DNA of 64,000 nucleotides, from contig OX597814.1 in NCBI GenBank assembly GCA_951406725.2, forward strand, positions 186,310,001 to 186,374,000. Direction: 5' to 3'. Positions 37,161 through 52,013 of this stretch are shown piece after piece. Source of the DNA: Octopus vulgaris (taxonomy: Eukaryota). The translations under genes and the position numbers were made by a program. The notes under the pieces are model-generated. The model did not search any database. It saw nothing but the letters and a program-made list of their open reading frames with translations, and had not been told where the DNA came from. Numbering within the stretch: the stretch's first letter is position 1; each line of letters starts with the position of its first letter.

Positions 37161-39164
37161 TAATAATAATTATCTTACTCTGTTGAAATGAACTGTGGCT
37201 AATAAAGAAACATATCTGTAACCATGATGAATTATTCAGAGATTATAAAACATATCTAAAATAAGTTATCTTGTAAGTAACATATCCACAATTCAAATCC
37301 TTTAGTGAAATAAAAACTATGTACTCCAACATTTTTACTTTCAGTAAATAACTTCAGTAAACCAAATCTCATAAAGTGAAAATTCAGAGCCAAAAAAAAA
37401 AAAAGTCTTGGATAAATAAACTACTATCATATACAATGTTCTTGTTGCCTTCTGTGTAAGGTTGGGTTGATCTGTAGAATTGCTTTTTCCTAACCATCCC
37501 TATTTTTGGTTTTTCCCTATATACATTCCAATATTGACCAATGTAATATGCATTCCTCTCCCTCATTTTAGGAAAGCCTAATACTATCAGATTTTCCCAA
37601 AGCTGCTTCTTGAAATGATTAATCACTTTTTCTGATGTTATCAAGAAGTTTGCTATTCTATCTCTTCTTGCTAATCTCCATTTCTATTTGAAAACTCCCA
37701 TTAAATTTTACATCTGTTTCATTTCTAATCAATTCTTTCTCTTGCTCTTTCTCTCTCTTTCCTTTTTTTTTTTTTCTTATCCATATGTGTAGTATATAAA
37801 ACCAGTGCTTGGATGTGCACAAACAGTTGTGTGTGTGTGTGTATGTGATAGAAAAATGTGGTAAATACTGCTACTATAAAATCTAAGACACTCTGTCTGA
37901 AGTATGATTTATTCCCTGACTTGTTCTATGTCTAGTGATAATGTGCTGCTAAAATATGATAAAAATAATATCGATTCAAATCTTCACCTGATGCCACATC
38001 AACACTGTCTTGCAATCACTTTGAAAATCATTCCAGACAAGATAACATCATCCAGACTTATTAATTTTGTTTTTGGATATTTCTTTTTTAATACTTCTGG
38101 ACATCTTTGTAGTCAGTATTATAGAATTTCTTCTACATCAGCATTACTGTTGTGAAAATATTATATGCATATATCTTTAGAGACATTGTCAAAATCTTAT
38201 TACAAATTATGTTATGAACTGATTGGACAAATACAGAGCAGGTGTAAATGAATAAAAACTCTGAATATTCGGTAATCTTCAGTAACGGCTGCTAAAATTC
38301 CTAAAGCATAATCTGAAAAATATCTCCTTTTTTTCAGTTCTATTCAATATCTGCTAGCAAAGTTTCTACTATAACTGGTTAACAGCCAGCTTGGCTAACT
38401 AGTAGCGCAACTGTTGTTCATTAGCTCCAGGTCAGCTCTGATTAAACAATCCCTTGATAAAAGAAATTACAATCGTGATCATTCAAAGATATACTTTGTC
38501 GGAAAAAATAAAATACAAAAAAAAACAAAAACAATCAAGAAAATTAGATTGTCATGGCTGCAGTATCTTTTATCAAAAGGTTGATCTGGAGCTAAACAAC
38601 AATAATAATTATAACTCTTATTAACTAGACCCCAGCAGTCCTGTCAGTTTGGTTGTTAGTTGGTCAAGTTAATTGCCATACAGTTACTATCAAACTTGCT
38701 AACAAGCAATAAAAATGCCTGAGTGATTAATTTCTGTATTTGCAGGTAATAGTTTCTCTACCTGAATAAAAAAGAAAAATGAATCACAAAGTACTGTGTT
38801 ATAGATACAATTCATTCAAATTTACATCTGTTTTTTCCATGTAAGCATGGGTTAGATGCATCCATGCATTACAGCTGAGTGCCCTTCCTGTCATCAACCT
38901 TTATCTGTTATTCTACCAATCTTTGAAAGCACTGAACCACCAAGACATTTGTTCACAAAATGCCAACAAATAGAATGCATTTTCAGAAAAGAACAATATA
39001 TACAATCATATACATGCACATATACAAACATACATGTGTGTTTGTTTATGCATTTATTTGTATATGTATACATGTATATACTATGTCTGTGTATGTATGC
39101 ATATATTTATATATGTGTGTGTGTGTACTTATATATACAAACACACTTACACATACACATGATA

Positions 39165-39310
39165 CTCATGCAATTTCTATCAACGAAATCACTCACACGG
39201 CATAAACTGACCTGCAGCTATAGTAGAAATCACTTACCCAAAGTATTGCACAATAGGACTGGACACAAAGCGATATGGTTGCAAAACAAACTTCTTGACC
39301 ATACGCCTAA
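39165..39310 (-). mobile_element. SINE family A 5' fragment, decayed
   Basis: Similar to the head of 40701-41115. A further head fragment lies at ~46385-46513. Confidence 0.7.
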
Positions 39311-40700
39311 AAAATACTGACCATATCACAAAATATTTATTTTCGTTTTAATTCCATCATTTGTTACTCTAATCTTGCGAATCCTATAATTGGTTACTAA
39401 TTGACTAAAAAATCAAAAAAAAAAATCAAAGGAATCACATAGTTATATATACTTAGATTTCTTTTTACTTAGTTTAAGAAAACTTCTGAAACCTATCTAA
39501 ATGCTGTCAAATTTTCTCTTCAAGTGGACAACATGATTATATTTGTACCTACACATACATTTCTGTATAATTTTAGAATGTTCTCTTGCTGAAGTCAGCT
39601 CTGTCTTTCATCTATCCAGTGTCAGTAGACTATAGTGCTTATCAAGGACTGAAATAGATCTTATACGGACTAACCCCTCTCAAAATTACTGACCATGTAC
39701 TTAAATTAGAAAGAATTATTGATCCTAATACTTATGTTGTGTGGTACGGAGAAATTTCTTGCAAAAAGAGGATTTGTAGAAGAATTTTTTCTCTTTACTT
39801 TCTTGATTTATTTAACTTTAGCATTCTTATAGAAATATGTGTGCTCTTTCTCTTGGCTTTAATTCTGAAAAATAAAGAATATTAAATCATCCTTGATTTT
39901 TCAAAACTCTGCTATCTTTGTATGTTAGGCATTGATAATATCAATGCTACAAAATTGGGAAACTCTAGGGTTTTATAAATATGTAATTTTGTTATATTTT
40001 CTTTTATATGAATATTCTGAAGTAAACTGTTTGAAAGACTCTAAAGCGATGTTCATGTTATGTTGACAAAGTTAGGACATCTATTTTGTATAAGAAACAA
40101 CTTCACTTTGTTTTAGAGAACTACTCACTAATCACATATTTGACATAGCCCAATATCATCACCTACCAACAATTTCATTATGAATATACCACTTTCCTTT
40201 TATTTCCATCCACTTCTTTTTTATTAGTTCATTAATGGCTTTGACTACTACAAATTTATGGCTACGTTCTAACCACTAGCCTTGTTCTATTTACCATCTT
40301 GTACTCTTCATGTTGGCTTTTTTCCAAGATGCCATACTTGATATTTTTATAAGCCCCATTGCCTTAGAATCCTTCCTGCCCATACATTCATTCATCTAAA
40401 ATATTAATTTCACTGACATCAGCCAGCCATCCTATCTTACTGTATCCGCTGCGTTTTCCTTTGTTAGTATTGAAGTCCCTTCCATCTTTTCATAGGAATC
40501 AGAAACAATAAACAATGGAATAACCCTTGTTCTTTGTAATTAAACTTAGATTTTATTCATAAAGATTGGTACTTTTCTTCTCAAGGCAAGGATTTTCTTT
40601 TTAAGTAAAAAATCAGCAAATTCGACTAGATATTTATTACTCGAAAAAGCCAAATCAACAGAATTTAAACTTAGAAATACAAAGCATCAATTTAGATACA

Positions 40701-41115
40701 TTTACTCTTTTACCTGTTTCAGTCATTTGACTGTGGCCGTGCTGGAGCATCGCCTTTAGTCGAGCAAATCGACCCCAGGACTTGTACTTTGTAAGCCTAG
40801 TACTTATTCTATCGGTCTCTTTTGCCAAACCGCTAAGTTACGGGGACATAAACACACCAGCATCGGTTGTCGAGCAATGTTGGTGGGGGACAAACACAGA
40901 CACACAAACATATACACACACATACACGTATATATATATATACATACATACATATATACAATGGGCTTCTTCCAGTTTCCGTCTACCAAATCCACTCACA
41001 AGGCTTTGGTCGGCCCGAGGCTATAGTAGAAAATGCTTGTCCAAGGTGCCACGCAGTGGGATTGAACCCAGAACCATATGGTTGGTAAGCAAGCTACTTA
41101 GCACACAGCCACTCC
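40701..41115 (-). mobile_element. Full-length tRNA-derived SINE, family A (resembles octopus OR-type CORE-SINEs)
   Basis: Minus strand reads ggagtggctgtgtgctaagtagcttgc..gggttcaatccc (A/B boxes), then ccttggacaag (CORE-like), an internal microsatellite, and the tail gctccagcacggccacagtcaaatgactgaaac..aaaagagtaaa. Family name is from memory, not from a search. Confidence 0.92.
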
Positions 41116-43572
41116 TGTACCTGTACCATTTATAAAAAGTCCTTATGTTTATTTCTGTGGCTTGTATTTATTTGTAACACTAACACATATATTCATAGAA
41201 ATGTAGCATAATAAATTAAACTTAATTTCAAATTGTTAATGCAACACGAGTAATGTAAAATTTTAATTTTTTTTAAATGCTAACATCTGTTTAATGGCAT
41301 ATTTATATTAATTAGCCAGAAAACTTCAGATGTATGTTAGCTTCCATTTAGACAGTAATTCATAAATGAATTATATAGCCTGGCCATTAATAATGAACTA
41401 TTAAATGACGCAGAAAACTTCTTTTTGTAGTTGATAGGTATTTGAACAAAGTATTTGATAAAATTTTTAAAATGTATCTTTCCTTCAAAGCATTTAATCA
41501 TAAATCTTTTGATCCTTTAACAAGCTGTTTATTTTTAATCAAGTTAACTGGTTATTTGGTTTTCTTGTACAAAAGGAAGAAAAAAATTTGTGTACATGTA
41601 TGTGTGTGCATGTGGGTGTTATTTTTGCACTTAAGGATTTTACATTTTCTCAGCTACTGAGTATGAAAAAAAAAAACCCATATAGTGAATCCCATTAAAA
41701 TTAACTTAGTCGTTTAGTAAGTTTGATTTATTTATCTATTTTGTTCGCTTATATCCTATCATGTATGACCTATTTCCACATTCTGTTGGCAATCCTGACA
41801 TACCATTTGGTAGTCCTTGCTATTGTTATTCATTTATCTTTGCAATCTATCAAAAACTCAAATAACTCTTAGTTCACCCGAATAAAACTTTTTAATACAT
41901 CAATTTTGAACATTTTCTTGAGTTCCTTTTAACCTCATTCTCATTAATTTGACTTCATTTTCCTTTCCTTTTCTTTCAGTGTGTGTGTGCATTTAGTCTT
42001 TTTTAGTCTTTCTCTGGCCAATTTTCTTCTCTTTTAACCTGGTATGCCTTAGATGGCATTTACAAATTGTTTTTTAAGTTGGGATAATTTGTCTTTGTAG
42101 TTAAGTCACTGTAGAGCTATTACCTTTCTTAACTTTGGTGAACTTTCCTATCCCAGAACTGGAGCGATATGTTATTTGAATGACTCCCTTTGTTTCAAAG
42201 AGGATTCTCTTGTTTTCTTCTGCTTTAATTCTTCCAAGTTGGCAGTGGTGGTGGTGGTGGGGTGAGTCTATGCTGCTGTTTTATTTATTTATTGTTATAC
42301 TATTTTTATGCTTGGATTTAGAAGTCTGCAGTTTTTGTTTTATTTTTCTTTAAAGCATCTGAATATGATGGCAAACAGAAAAAAATTAAGTGGATTAAAA
42401 CAATGCCTGTTGGAGAAGCTTTAAAAAAATAACATACAACCCCACCTTTCCCTAAGAATATTAAGCAGACTTTTAATTAGTATTAGTAAAATGTGTATTA
42501 AAAGTCTTAGGTTTTGTTACAGCTATTATTAAAACATAAGTATCATAAACAAAAGAGCAGCCACTAAATGTTTTACTGTATCCAGTTTATGCATCTTGAT
42601 TCAGTATTCAAGTGCTTCTAGAGGTTGATAAAATAAAGTTGATTTGGTTCACTAAACATCAAAGGCCTTGTGTTACGGGCAAAGAAATTGCTGTTGTTTT
42701 GTTTATCATTCAGAACAAAACCTTTACAGTGGATTTAAGCGATAGGGAGATTAGTCAAAATATCTGAGATAACTTGAAAGAATTAAGTTACTCAGCTGCA
42801 GCAGTATTTAAAATGATTTGTCATTTCAATAAGGCAGATTAAATGATATGCCTGACTTTTATAGACATAATTGAGTTGGTTTTTTTTTTTTTTTTTTTTT
42901 TATGTAAAGCTTTTGTAATGTAACCTCTCTCTCTCCCCAAGAACATGTTTGCACACAAGATAGTGTTGCCCTTTGCTTAAAATTTATCCACTATCGATTC
43001 ACTCTTGACTTTCCAAATTAACTTTTAATTCATGTGCAGAAAACATTTTCTGCCTTACACGTCAGGCAAGTCTGTGTGTGTGTGTTTTCTATTGTAAGTG
43101 GATGATGTGCTATGGAAATGGGAGCTGCTGCAAGATTTTTCTTAAAGATAGGCTGGGTGAAATTCATTAACGTTTTCTTAAATTTTTTTTTTTTTTTAAT
43201 CTATATAGGAATGAGGTACAGATTGACATTATTTCAGGAGCTGTGGTTTGATAGGGTTAAAATCTGGCTGTTAACGTGACACTGGCAAAACTGCATGTTT
43301 GGAATGTAGCTGAATGCTATAACATAACCATCTAACCCTTGTTAGTCATGACAAACTATAGACTAAAATACAACTGAGGAAGAAAAGTTATATAAAAATA
43401 ACTCTAGTCTGATATTATATATTTGCTAATCATAGAGCTAGATAGCAGATGCATCAAGATCAGAATTTCATGATACACATATTGAATATTGCCATTCTGG
43501 AGTTAATGCTATTGATGTAGGCCCCTCCCCTTGAAATTGTTGACTTTGTGTCTAAATCTTCATCATTATTGC

Positions 43573-43755
43573 TATGGTGGTGAGGAAGCTGGACAATGTT
43601 TTGCAGCAATTTTTTCTGACTTTATGTTCTGAGTTCAAATTTCACTGAGGTCAGCTTTGCCTTTCATCCTTTTGGGAGTTGATAAAATAAGTACCAGTTG
43701 ACCACTGGGGTCAGTATAATTGACTAACTTTGTACCTTTAGTAGAAAGGATTATT
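43573..43755 (+). mobile_element. SINE family B copy
   Basis: gagttcaaatttcactgaggtcagctttgcctttcatcc..gataaaataagtaccagtt. Confidence 0.85.
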
Positions 43756-46700
43756 ATTGTGTTTTTCTTCTTTCAAATTTGTTTCCATTTTTTGCCAAAG
43801 GTCTTATCATTATCATCAAAGTTAGATCAATAGTATTGGCTGTAGAACCCACATCCAAGCTGTCTTCAGCCATTTAGCTCAATATCTCATTTGTACATTC
43901 TCATCAAAGTACAGTTAGTATTTCAAATCTCCGTTGTAAATAATATAACCACTTGTAATATAGCATCATTATGCTAGTTTACCATACTTCTCTGTAGTAA
44001 AAGAAGGTTTTTGTGCTGAATTAAGACATTTAAATATTGATATTGTTCATGAAAAATATAGGATGTACACCTTTTTAATTTCACTTACTTGTTCTTAAAT
44101 GAAAACTACGGTTCTCAGTATGATGCCTTAATTATTTGACAGTTTTTATATTTGTTGTCAATAGAAATCAGACTGGTACTTTATTTATCCAGGAATAAAT
44201 ATGATTTGAAATAAATTCTCTGAACAATGAAGAGAACATTCTTTCCAAAATTGTTTATAGTTTGATATTTTAATATAATTACATTTTATCATAAAAGTTA
44301 ATGTAGAATTAAGGATAGATACATTGAACTAGAGTAGAAGAGAAAATTATCTCCTGTTTGGCTCTTGAGATTTCATTTTTCTTAAGTTTCTGTTGAAACA
44401 CCATAAAATTCATTAAAATTGAATCAGGAACTCTAACCTTAGGCTTTAATTTGAACTTGGCATGTATTCATCTTTTCCCAAGTGATCTCAAAAGATATTT
44501 TAAGAATTCTTTCCCTCCCCACCTCTCTAGCCTTGTCATAAAGAAAAATTATTGATTAGGAAATATCCTTATATTGTTTTACATTCTAACAAATATTTTT
44601 TAATATTCTTATTTAATTTGTTAATTTTGAAAAAGAATTATATTGGAAACAAAGGTTGTTTTATTGAAAACTATAAAATTTGTAATTAAAAAAAATTTAC
44701 TATTGATAATAGTTATATCTAACATAGGCATGTGGCTTCATGTTTTCAGTGAGGTACATAGTCAAACTACTTCATAAGTGCTTATTTTGTCAACTTTGTG
44801 GTGGTGGTGGATGTAGTAGTAGTAAAGAATTTCAATTCAGGGAATTTTTTTTTTTTTTACTTAAGCATAAGAGAATTACTGCTATTTTGCCAGTGTGCAT
44901 AAACAAACGATACTCTGATCACTCAAATATTAGATTATTTAATCAGTAGCTGTTCATCATTTACATTATCATTTATTTCCAGGCATAACACTTAAGTAAA
45001 TATTTTAAGAAAAATATTTTCTTTTTTTTTTTTTTCGCTACAAACACCCCCTGCAACTTTTCCCATGTGTAGGTTTGCCAAAATAAATAAATTTGATGAC
45101 ATATTTGAACATTAATCACATGGTGATTGCAATCTTAACTTTAAATAACTAAACCTTTAAACCAGTAAAAATGTCAATTGCAACAAACAATAGTCAACCT
45201 CTTTGTTTGCCATGTGAATGTGTGTATACACACACAGAAAAGATCCAAGAGAATTACTATAATTTGCTATTGTGTTTGCATTACTCAGTGATCTGTCCCA
45301 ATATTTTTAATGGATAAGCATTTCTTTTGTTGAAATCAGTTGTTAGAATAGCTATATGTATAAAGTCCAATAGGGTTGTATGGCTGCAATTCTGTACTTT
45401 TAGGTTTATAAATTTTGAATTTTATTTGTTACTAAAATCAGTTATTATGGAAAAGTGTGTTCATGTATTCCAAGCAATTATACCCAAGATATAAGCATTT
45501 AACATGTGAACTTGTTCAAATGTTAGAAATGCATCACATTTGAAATGGCAAAATTAAAACTAAATTAGATATTTTATAAAACCAAATTTTTAATGGATGT
45601 CCAAATTGACATGGTAGATTGAATAGAATGCATACTAGCATGTATAGTATAGTCTGGTTATTTAATTCATAGTGAAGGAACAATTATAACACACACACAC
45701 AGTGTGTAAGCAGGCTGGTCAAGGAAATAAGTTGGATTATTTGCATATTGTAGGTGTTGTGTTTCTGGACAGAAGACTTTATAGTATGCAGTCACATTTC
45801 ACCTATCTCTGATAACTAGTTACCAAATTAATTGGGAATGTTAACCTGTGACAAACTGGTGTCTTGTACAGGATGAGTTTGATCATTCATCTGCTTAAAA
45901 TCATGAAACCAGAGCTAAGTACTAGTGCAGCCTTTTCATCAGAAAGGTGTGTGTGTGTGAATGCATACACATATTTGATAATTCATTATTATATCTATGA
46001 ATTGTAAGCAAGTTCCTGGTAGGTAGAGCACTGTGAATAAAGTAATTGCGTTTAGTTCAATACTCAGATAGGGTGGGTCAGGTGTGATAGCCATGTGGCT
46101 GGTTCAGTTGTAGCTGTAGTAAGTACTAGTTCATATTCAGTAGTTTTTATCACCATCATCATTTAATGTCCACTTTCCTATGTTTGCATGGGTCAGACGA
46201 AATTTGTTGAGGCAGATTTTCTGTGGCCAGATGTCCTTCCTATCACTGATCCTGACCTGTTTTCCAGAAAGGAATGCTTTCCATTGAAGACTTGAAATAA
46301 ACAACATCTTTTGTATGATGTCATCATTTACAATCATCACATGATGACAAGACAACAGTATACACAAACACACACACTATATATATAATAGGCTCCTTTC
46401 ACTCAAGGCTTTGGTTAGCCTGGGAAGATACTTGGCCAAAGTACCACACAGTGAGGTTGAACATAAGACCACATGGTTGGAAAGCAAGCTTCTTCACCAC
46501 ACAGCCATGCCTGCACTTATCAAATCAGTTTTATGAATTTAGCATAATGAATACAATATGAAAATATAAATGTAACATTGATACATGAATATGATAAAGA
46601 CATTTATGAAATATGTGAATTAAATCTGTATCCCTCCATGCATGCATATACATAAATATGTGTGTCTGTGTGTGTGTACATAGATATATTACAGTACATA

Positions 46701-46760
46701 AAATATTAATGTTTTTACTAGTTTCAACTCATAAGCTATGGTCATGCCAACACATGCATT

Positions 46761-46809
<49 letters not shown>

Positions 46810-48806
46810 AACCAACCATAGTACTACTTGCATAGAGATTTTATGTTTCGCAGAAGCTGTACTCTTTAGTACTCATCTGCATTAACTGATTAGATAAGCC
46901 TTCATATAGTTATTGCACTGAAGCATCTAATTAATATTTATATCCTATTCTTTGAGTCCTTTCTTTTTTTTAAATATATTTTGCTAATTATTTTTTAAGT
47001 CAACACTAAAACAAATTCAGATGATGAACAGATAGTGGTTTGTCCAAAGAGCTGGAGAAAAATTGCTATTATAAATGGTACTAAATCAAATAATTATTTT
47101 ATCATTCAACTATCTCAACATTTATATTCTCTTATATCTCTAGATGCTAGTCATTCTCATTGCAATATAATGTAATTTTAATTGCTTGATATAAAATCTT
47201 ATTGCTGATATTTTTATGGCTTGTTGTTAGTGACATTTTTCATGAATTTTCAGTAGATTAAATTTGGAATGTTTTTATATGAATGCCAATTTATGATTTA
47301 TGGCGAATTTTCTTGGTTATCATTTCTTCTTTTTATAAAAGTTGGTCATAAAATCATCATCAGCATCGTAAGGTAGATTTTTCCTTGCCGACATGTTTTT
47401 TATGAGTCAGTGATATGACATACTGCTACTGTTCTCAGTGCCACTTCATTTCATCTGAGTACCAAACTTTTCAAATCAGACCATACCACTTCTTATATCA
47501 TTTACAACGTTTTTGAGCTAAATGTATTTACTCCATTAAGTATATATCTTTAAAACTAATAAAAAAAAATTGAACTTTTCATGTCATTAATGCATTCTTA
47601 AAAAATGCTAAGTGCTAAATTATTCATTTCTTTCATTCCTAAAATGTAAAAAGTAAGATGTATTTTTTTATATACATTGAAAGATATGATAAGCCATATG
47701 CTATTAGCTTATCAGTGTTCGTCATAATTTTATAATCAATAGCTAAGAATTATTTTATCTAGACATTTTATTTATTCAATTTCATCTGCTTTTGGAATAT
47801 ATCTAATTCAAATAGAATTTCCTGAAAATTCACCAAAGTATATGAGAACAAAAGCAAAAATAAATAAAAATAAAGTTTCAAAAGTTAGTACAATTGTCTT
47901 TTCTTTTTTTCTCATTAATATAAAATTACTTCATTTGGACAAAGACAAATGTGTATCCTTTCATTAATTATTTTTTGTAATTATAATTTAACAATTAGTG
48001 ACTAGTTTTTTCATTTGCAAAAATTATAAACCAAGTTTAGGTCATATTGATTTTTTAAATGTTCAAAATTTGTCACTTTTTAATGATATATCCAAATAAG
48101 GAAGTTTTTAAAAACAATCATTTTTACATTCATAGCTGTTTCTCTTGAAAAGCATTTTGAGAAATGTTTTCAAAAACTTGTTTCTCCCTTATATTTGTTA
48201 ACTGTTGTGAGAACATTTTGTGGGGTTTTTCATTCACCATATTTAAATAATTGGCAGTATAACTTGAATTCAATTTAATAGAAGTCTCTGTAATTTTAAA
48301 GTTAAGGTGCTTGACTACCAATTGCATGGTCAAAGGTTCAAATTTAACTAGAGCTATTTTATTTGTTGTAGTTTTGATTCACTGACTAAAACAGGTTCCA
48401 CTCCTTCATTGAGTGGTTAGTGGTAGGAAGGGCATCCAGCTGTAAAAGCAATTGTTCAAACAAACTACCACACACATGCAAGCATGAGAAAATGAATGTA
48501 GAACAGTAAAAAGAAATTGTTTCTCCACGTATCAGTTTACTTGAGTATTATATTTTACTCTCTGTTATTTTATTTTTCTCTCTCTTATTTGATGCTTTCC
48601 ACTCCTAACAATGTATGTTAGTTATTTTCTATGTAGGCAAAAGTTATTAGAAAGATATAGTTATAATCATATGTAATACTCTGACTATTGATTTCAGAAC
48701 TACTTGAGACAAATGATAAAATAGATGGTTAAAAAAAATCCTAGTTACGTGATTTTTACTTTTAGTATTACTGATAGTAATACTTGTATGAGATTTAACA
48801 CTTTAA

Positions 48807-49023
48807 CTCTTTAGCACTTAAACCAGCCATATCCTGCCCAAATATTCTACCTGTTTTATGTTGAAACCAGCTAGATCCCTCTCACACCTATTGCACAATA
48901 TCATTTTTAAAATAAAGAATCACATAACTGTAATTTCAAAGCTTCAAGACAGTGCATGATTAATTCAAAAACATGTGAATAAATAAGCCTTACATTTGAA
49001 AGAGTAATCAGAATGCTAAAGGA
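48807..49023. mobile_element. Decayed piggyBac-type MITE (family 2)
   Basis: ttaa|ctctttagca ... tgctaaagga|tgaa: decayed TIRs with TTAA-like flanks. Confidence 0.65.
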
Positions 49024-49082
49024 TGAAATTAGTTAACTCTGACTTGGAAGCATCTTTAGCTGTTCATATGAGCAGTGTTTAA

Positions 49083-49261
49083 CCCTTTCGTTACCAACCC
49101 AGCTGAAACCAGCTCTGGCTCTGAGTACAAATGCCTTGTCACAATTTATGTTCCTAACACTAGCTGAATGATAACTAAGTAATTTTACTAAATTCTTTGT
49201 TATATCTAAAGAAATTCAAAGAAACACAGAGCATCTCAAAATAAATACAGTAACAAAAGGG
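49083..49261. mobile_element. piggyBac-type MITE (family 1), internally deleted
   Basis: TTAA TSD on both sides. TIRs ccctttcgttac / gtaacaaaaggg. Reverse-complement homolog of 58976-59196. Confidence 0.9.
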
Positions 49262-50383
49262 TTAATACACAAATGCACTCATACAGTACATAGTTTATTG
49301 ATACAATCTTGTTTCAATTTTTTTCTTTGGAAAAGCAGGTTTCATCAATATTTTCAACTAATCCCCATCTTGCCATTTTAGGAACTGAACAAATCTTTCA
49401 CCCATTGTGAAACATTTGTTGGTTGAAAAAAAATTTCAAGCTGACATTTTGCTTCTCATCACAAAAGTGCGTTTTATTTTTCTCCCTCCTTTTAGTCACT
49501 CACCTAAAAATCAATCTATTCATTTTATTTGCTGTCATATGCTATCTGTGAATTTCGCCTTTTTATATCCATTTTTCAATGACACAAATTTGGATAATGG
49601 TATTTATTCTTTAAGAAAGTTGTGTGAGTATGACACACAGACTGACTGAATTCCTTCCTTCCTTCCTTAATACCACACACCTAACCATGAGTGATAGTGA
49701 TTTTTCTAACCGAGCAGACAAGAAATTAGAGATGTATCCCACTCTATAGCCGTATGTAATGTTCAACAACATAATTCATAAGCTACTGTACCTTATTGCC
49801 ATTGCTGCATAATATTAACCAAAACTATTTATAGCAACATTTCTTATGCTAATTTTTTTTTATTCAAACTGAAAACATTTCATATGCTGAAGTAAAATTA
49901 CTTGTAAAAGCAATTACTACAGAATGGAAAGCTTAAAGATTATTATGAATCTATAATACATTGCTAAAGTATGTAAAAGCATTCAAAATATCTGCAAATG
50001 ATATTATTTATAGTAGATAGAGTAGCTAAGCTTGTTTTACAATTATTTGACAGTCCTTCCCTACACACATACATTTGAGCTCAAGTTACCGATCAATACG
50101 TCGTTTTCATATCATCCACGTTGTTTCTTGTGCTGAAAACTATTTGCAAAAGAATAAAGCATCTCCCTTATACATTTGTTCTATCTTTGCAACTGATATA
50201 AATGTTAGCTGCTAATTATGAAATTGAACTTTTGCTCTTGGATTTAATTATAGCCAGCTTCTTAATCACATTGAAACATTTTTATTTAGATATATATCAT
50301 ATCAATGTAATTATAGTGGAATTGTCAAAGGGGTTGAGTTTTGCTGTTCTTTTTTAACTGTTTTCAGTGTGTATGTATATGCA

Positions 50384-50414
<31 letters not shown>

Positions 50415-50436
50415 ATGTGTGTGTGTATATATATAT

Positions 50437-51140
50437 CATCATCATCATCATCATCATCATTTAACGTCCGCTTTCCATGCTAGCATGGGTTGGACGGTTC
50501 AACTGGGGTCTGGGGAGCCCGAAAGCTGCACCAGTCCAGTCAGATCTGGCAGTGTTTCTACAGCTGGATGCCCTTCCTAACGCCAACCACTCCGAGAGTG
50601 TAGTGGGTGATTTTATGTGCCACCGACACAGGTGCCAGACGAGGCTGGCAAACGGCCACGCTCGGATGGTGTTTTTTATGTGCCACCGACACAGGTGCCA
50701 GACGAGGCTGGCAGATGGCCACGCTCGGATGGTGTTTTTATGTGCCACCGACACAGGTGCCAGATGAGGCTAGCAAAACGGCCACGATCGGATGGTGCTT
50801 GTTACGTGCCCACAGCACGGAGGCCAGTCGATGCGGTACTGGCTACGGCCACGTTCGGATGGTTTTCTTGTGTGCCACAAGGATACAAATTCCATTGATG
50901 TTCATCTATTTTGATTTGTTTTGATTTTCACTTGCCTCAACAGGTCTTCACAAGTGTCACAAGAAGGAAGGTATGCACAGGTGGACTGACTACGTCCCAG
51001 GTAGGGGCCATGGGTTATGGCCTGACTAGTCTTGCCGGGTCTTCGGATGGTGTTTTTATGTGCCACCGACACAGGTGCTAGATGAGGCTGGCGAACGGCC
51101 ACGATCGGATGGTGTTTGTCATGTGCCCACCGCACTGACT
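50437..51140 (-). mobile_element. Young composite family-C element with internal ~63-bp tandem repeats
   Basis: (CAT)n tail at 50437-50460. Units atgtgccaccgacacaggtgccagacgaggctggc..cggccacgctcggatggtgttttt start at 50615, 50678, 50740, 50804 (diverged) and 51058. GC- and CpG-rich compared with the flanks. Confidence 0.88.
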
Positions 51141-51146
51141 ACAGCA

Positions 51147-51154
51147 TATATATA

Positions 51155-51203
<49 letters not shown>

Positions 51204-51330
51204 ATATATATATATGTGTGTGTGTGTATATATGTGTGTGTGTGTATATGTATATATATATATGTGTGTGTGTATATATGTGTGAGTGTGTATATGTATA
51301 TATATATATATATATGTGTGTGTGTATATA

Positions 51331-51365
<35 letters not shown>

Positions 51366-51430
51366 GTGTGTGTATATATATATGTGTGTGTGTATATATA
51401 TGTGTGTGTGTATATATATGTCTGTGTGTG

Positions 51431-51475
<45 letters not shown>

Positions 51476-51485
51476 TATATATATA
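51147..51485. repeat. Compound (TA)n(TG)n microsatellite
   Basis: Directly visible. Confidence 0.95.
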
Positions 51486-52013
51486 TTCTGAACTTTCAAG
51501 TTTGTGTTTTTCTAAAGAAAAGTTATGATGGTGCATTTCTAAAAACCATTTTATTTGTATATAATAGAGCATTCTTATATTCTGACATCTATGGCTTAGG
51601 AACAGCAAACTAAAATCTTAAGAATTTTTTAGATTTTAGCTTCATTATCTTTATATTAAATTCTTCTTCAAAGTTTGAATTACTCCTTAAGTTATTTGTT
51701 GTGTGACCTTCTCAGGGAAGTTCAAATCACAAACTTAATTGCTTTAAAGAGGGAAAATGAAGTTCTAAAAAGTTTTTTGGTTCCTTTGATTGAAAAAATA
51801 GAAATTAATATTCCATCATCTTTAATAACTTTATTTATTATTGTTTGAGCACGTGTGAAAAAATATTTATCTTTAACAAACTATCTTTTGTTATATGAGT
51901 GGTAGATAAAAATATAGAGATAGAGTATATGTGCATGCATGTGTGTGTGAGTGTGTGTATAAACACAAAGACATACATATATATACTACATGCCTCTTTC
52001 AGTTTCCACCTAC

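Noticed and set aside
37384-37700. Possible ancient LINE relics on the minus strand (also ~11050-11270 and ~41700-42240)
   Set aside because: Purine skew is suggestive but I could not recover any diagnostic RT or endonuclease motif.
28590-38765. Strong acceptors at ~28589, 35103 and 38745 as the next exon after 24631
   Set aside because: Phase-1 continuation hits a stop within 6-17 codons in each case.
31190-43320. Seed-like matches to miR-9 (~31191), miR-8 (~32427) and miR-1 (~43300)
   Set aside because: Only 8-10 nt match, with no mature-sequence identity or precursor hairpin.
42760-43350. Higher-complexity unique stretch resembling an enhancer
   Set aside because: Cannot be supported without cross-species conservation or chromatin data.
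50611-51130. CRISPR-like or repeat-protein appearance of the 63-bp units
   Set aside because: Units are contiguous without unique spacers, unit lengths are not all multiples of 3, there are no cas genes, and the context is eukaryotic.
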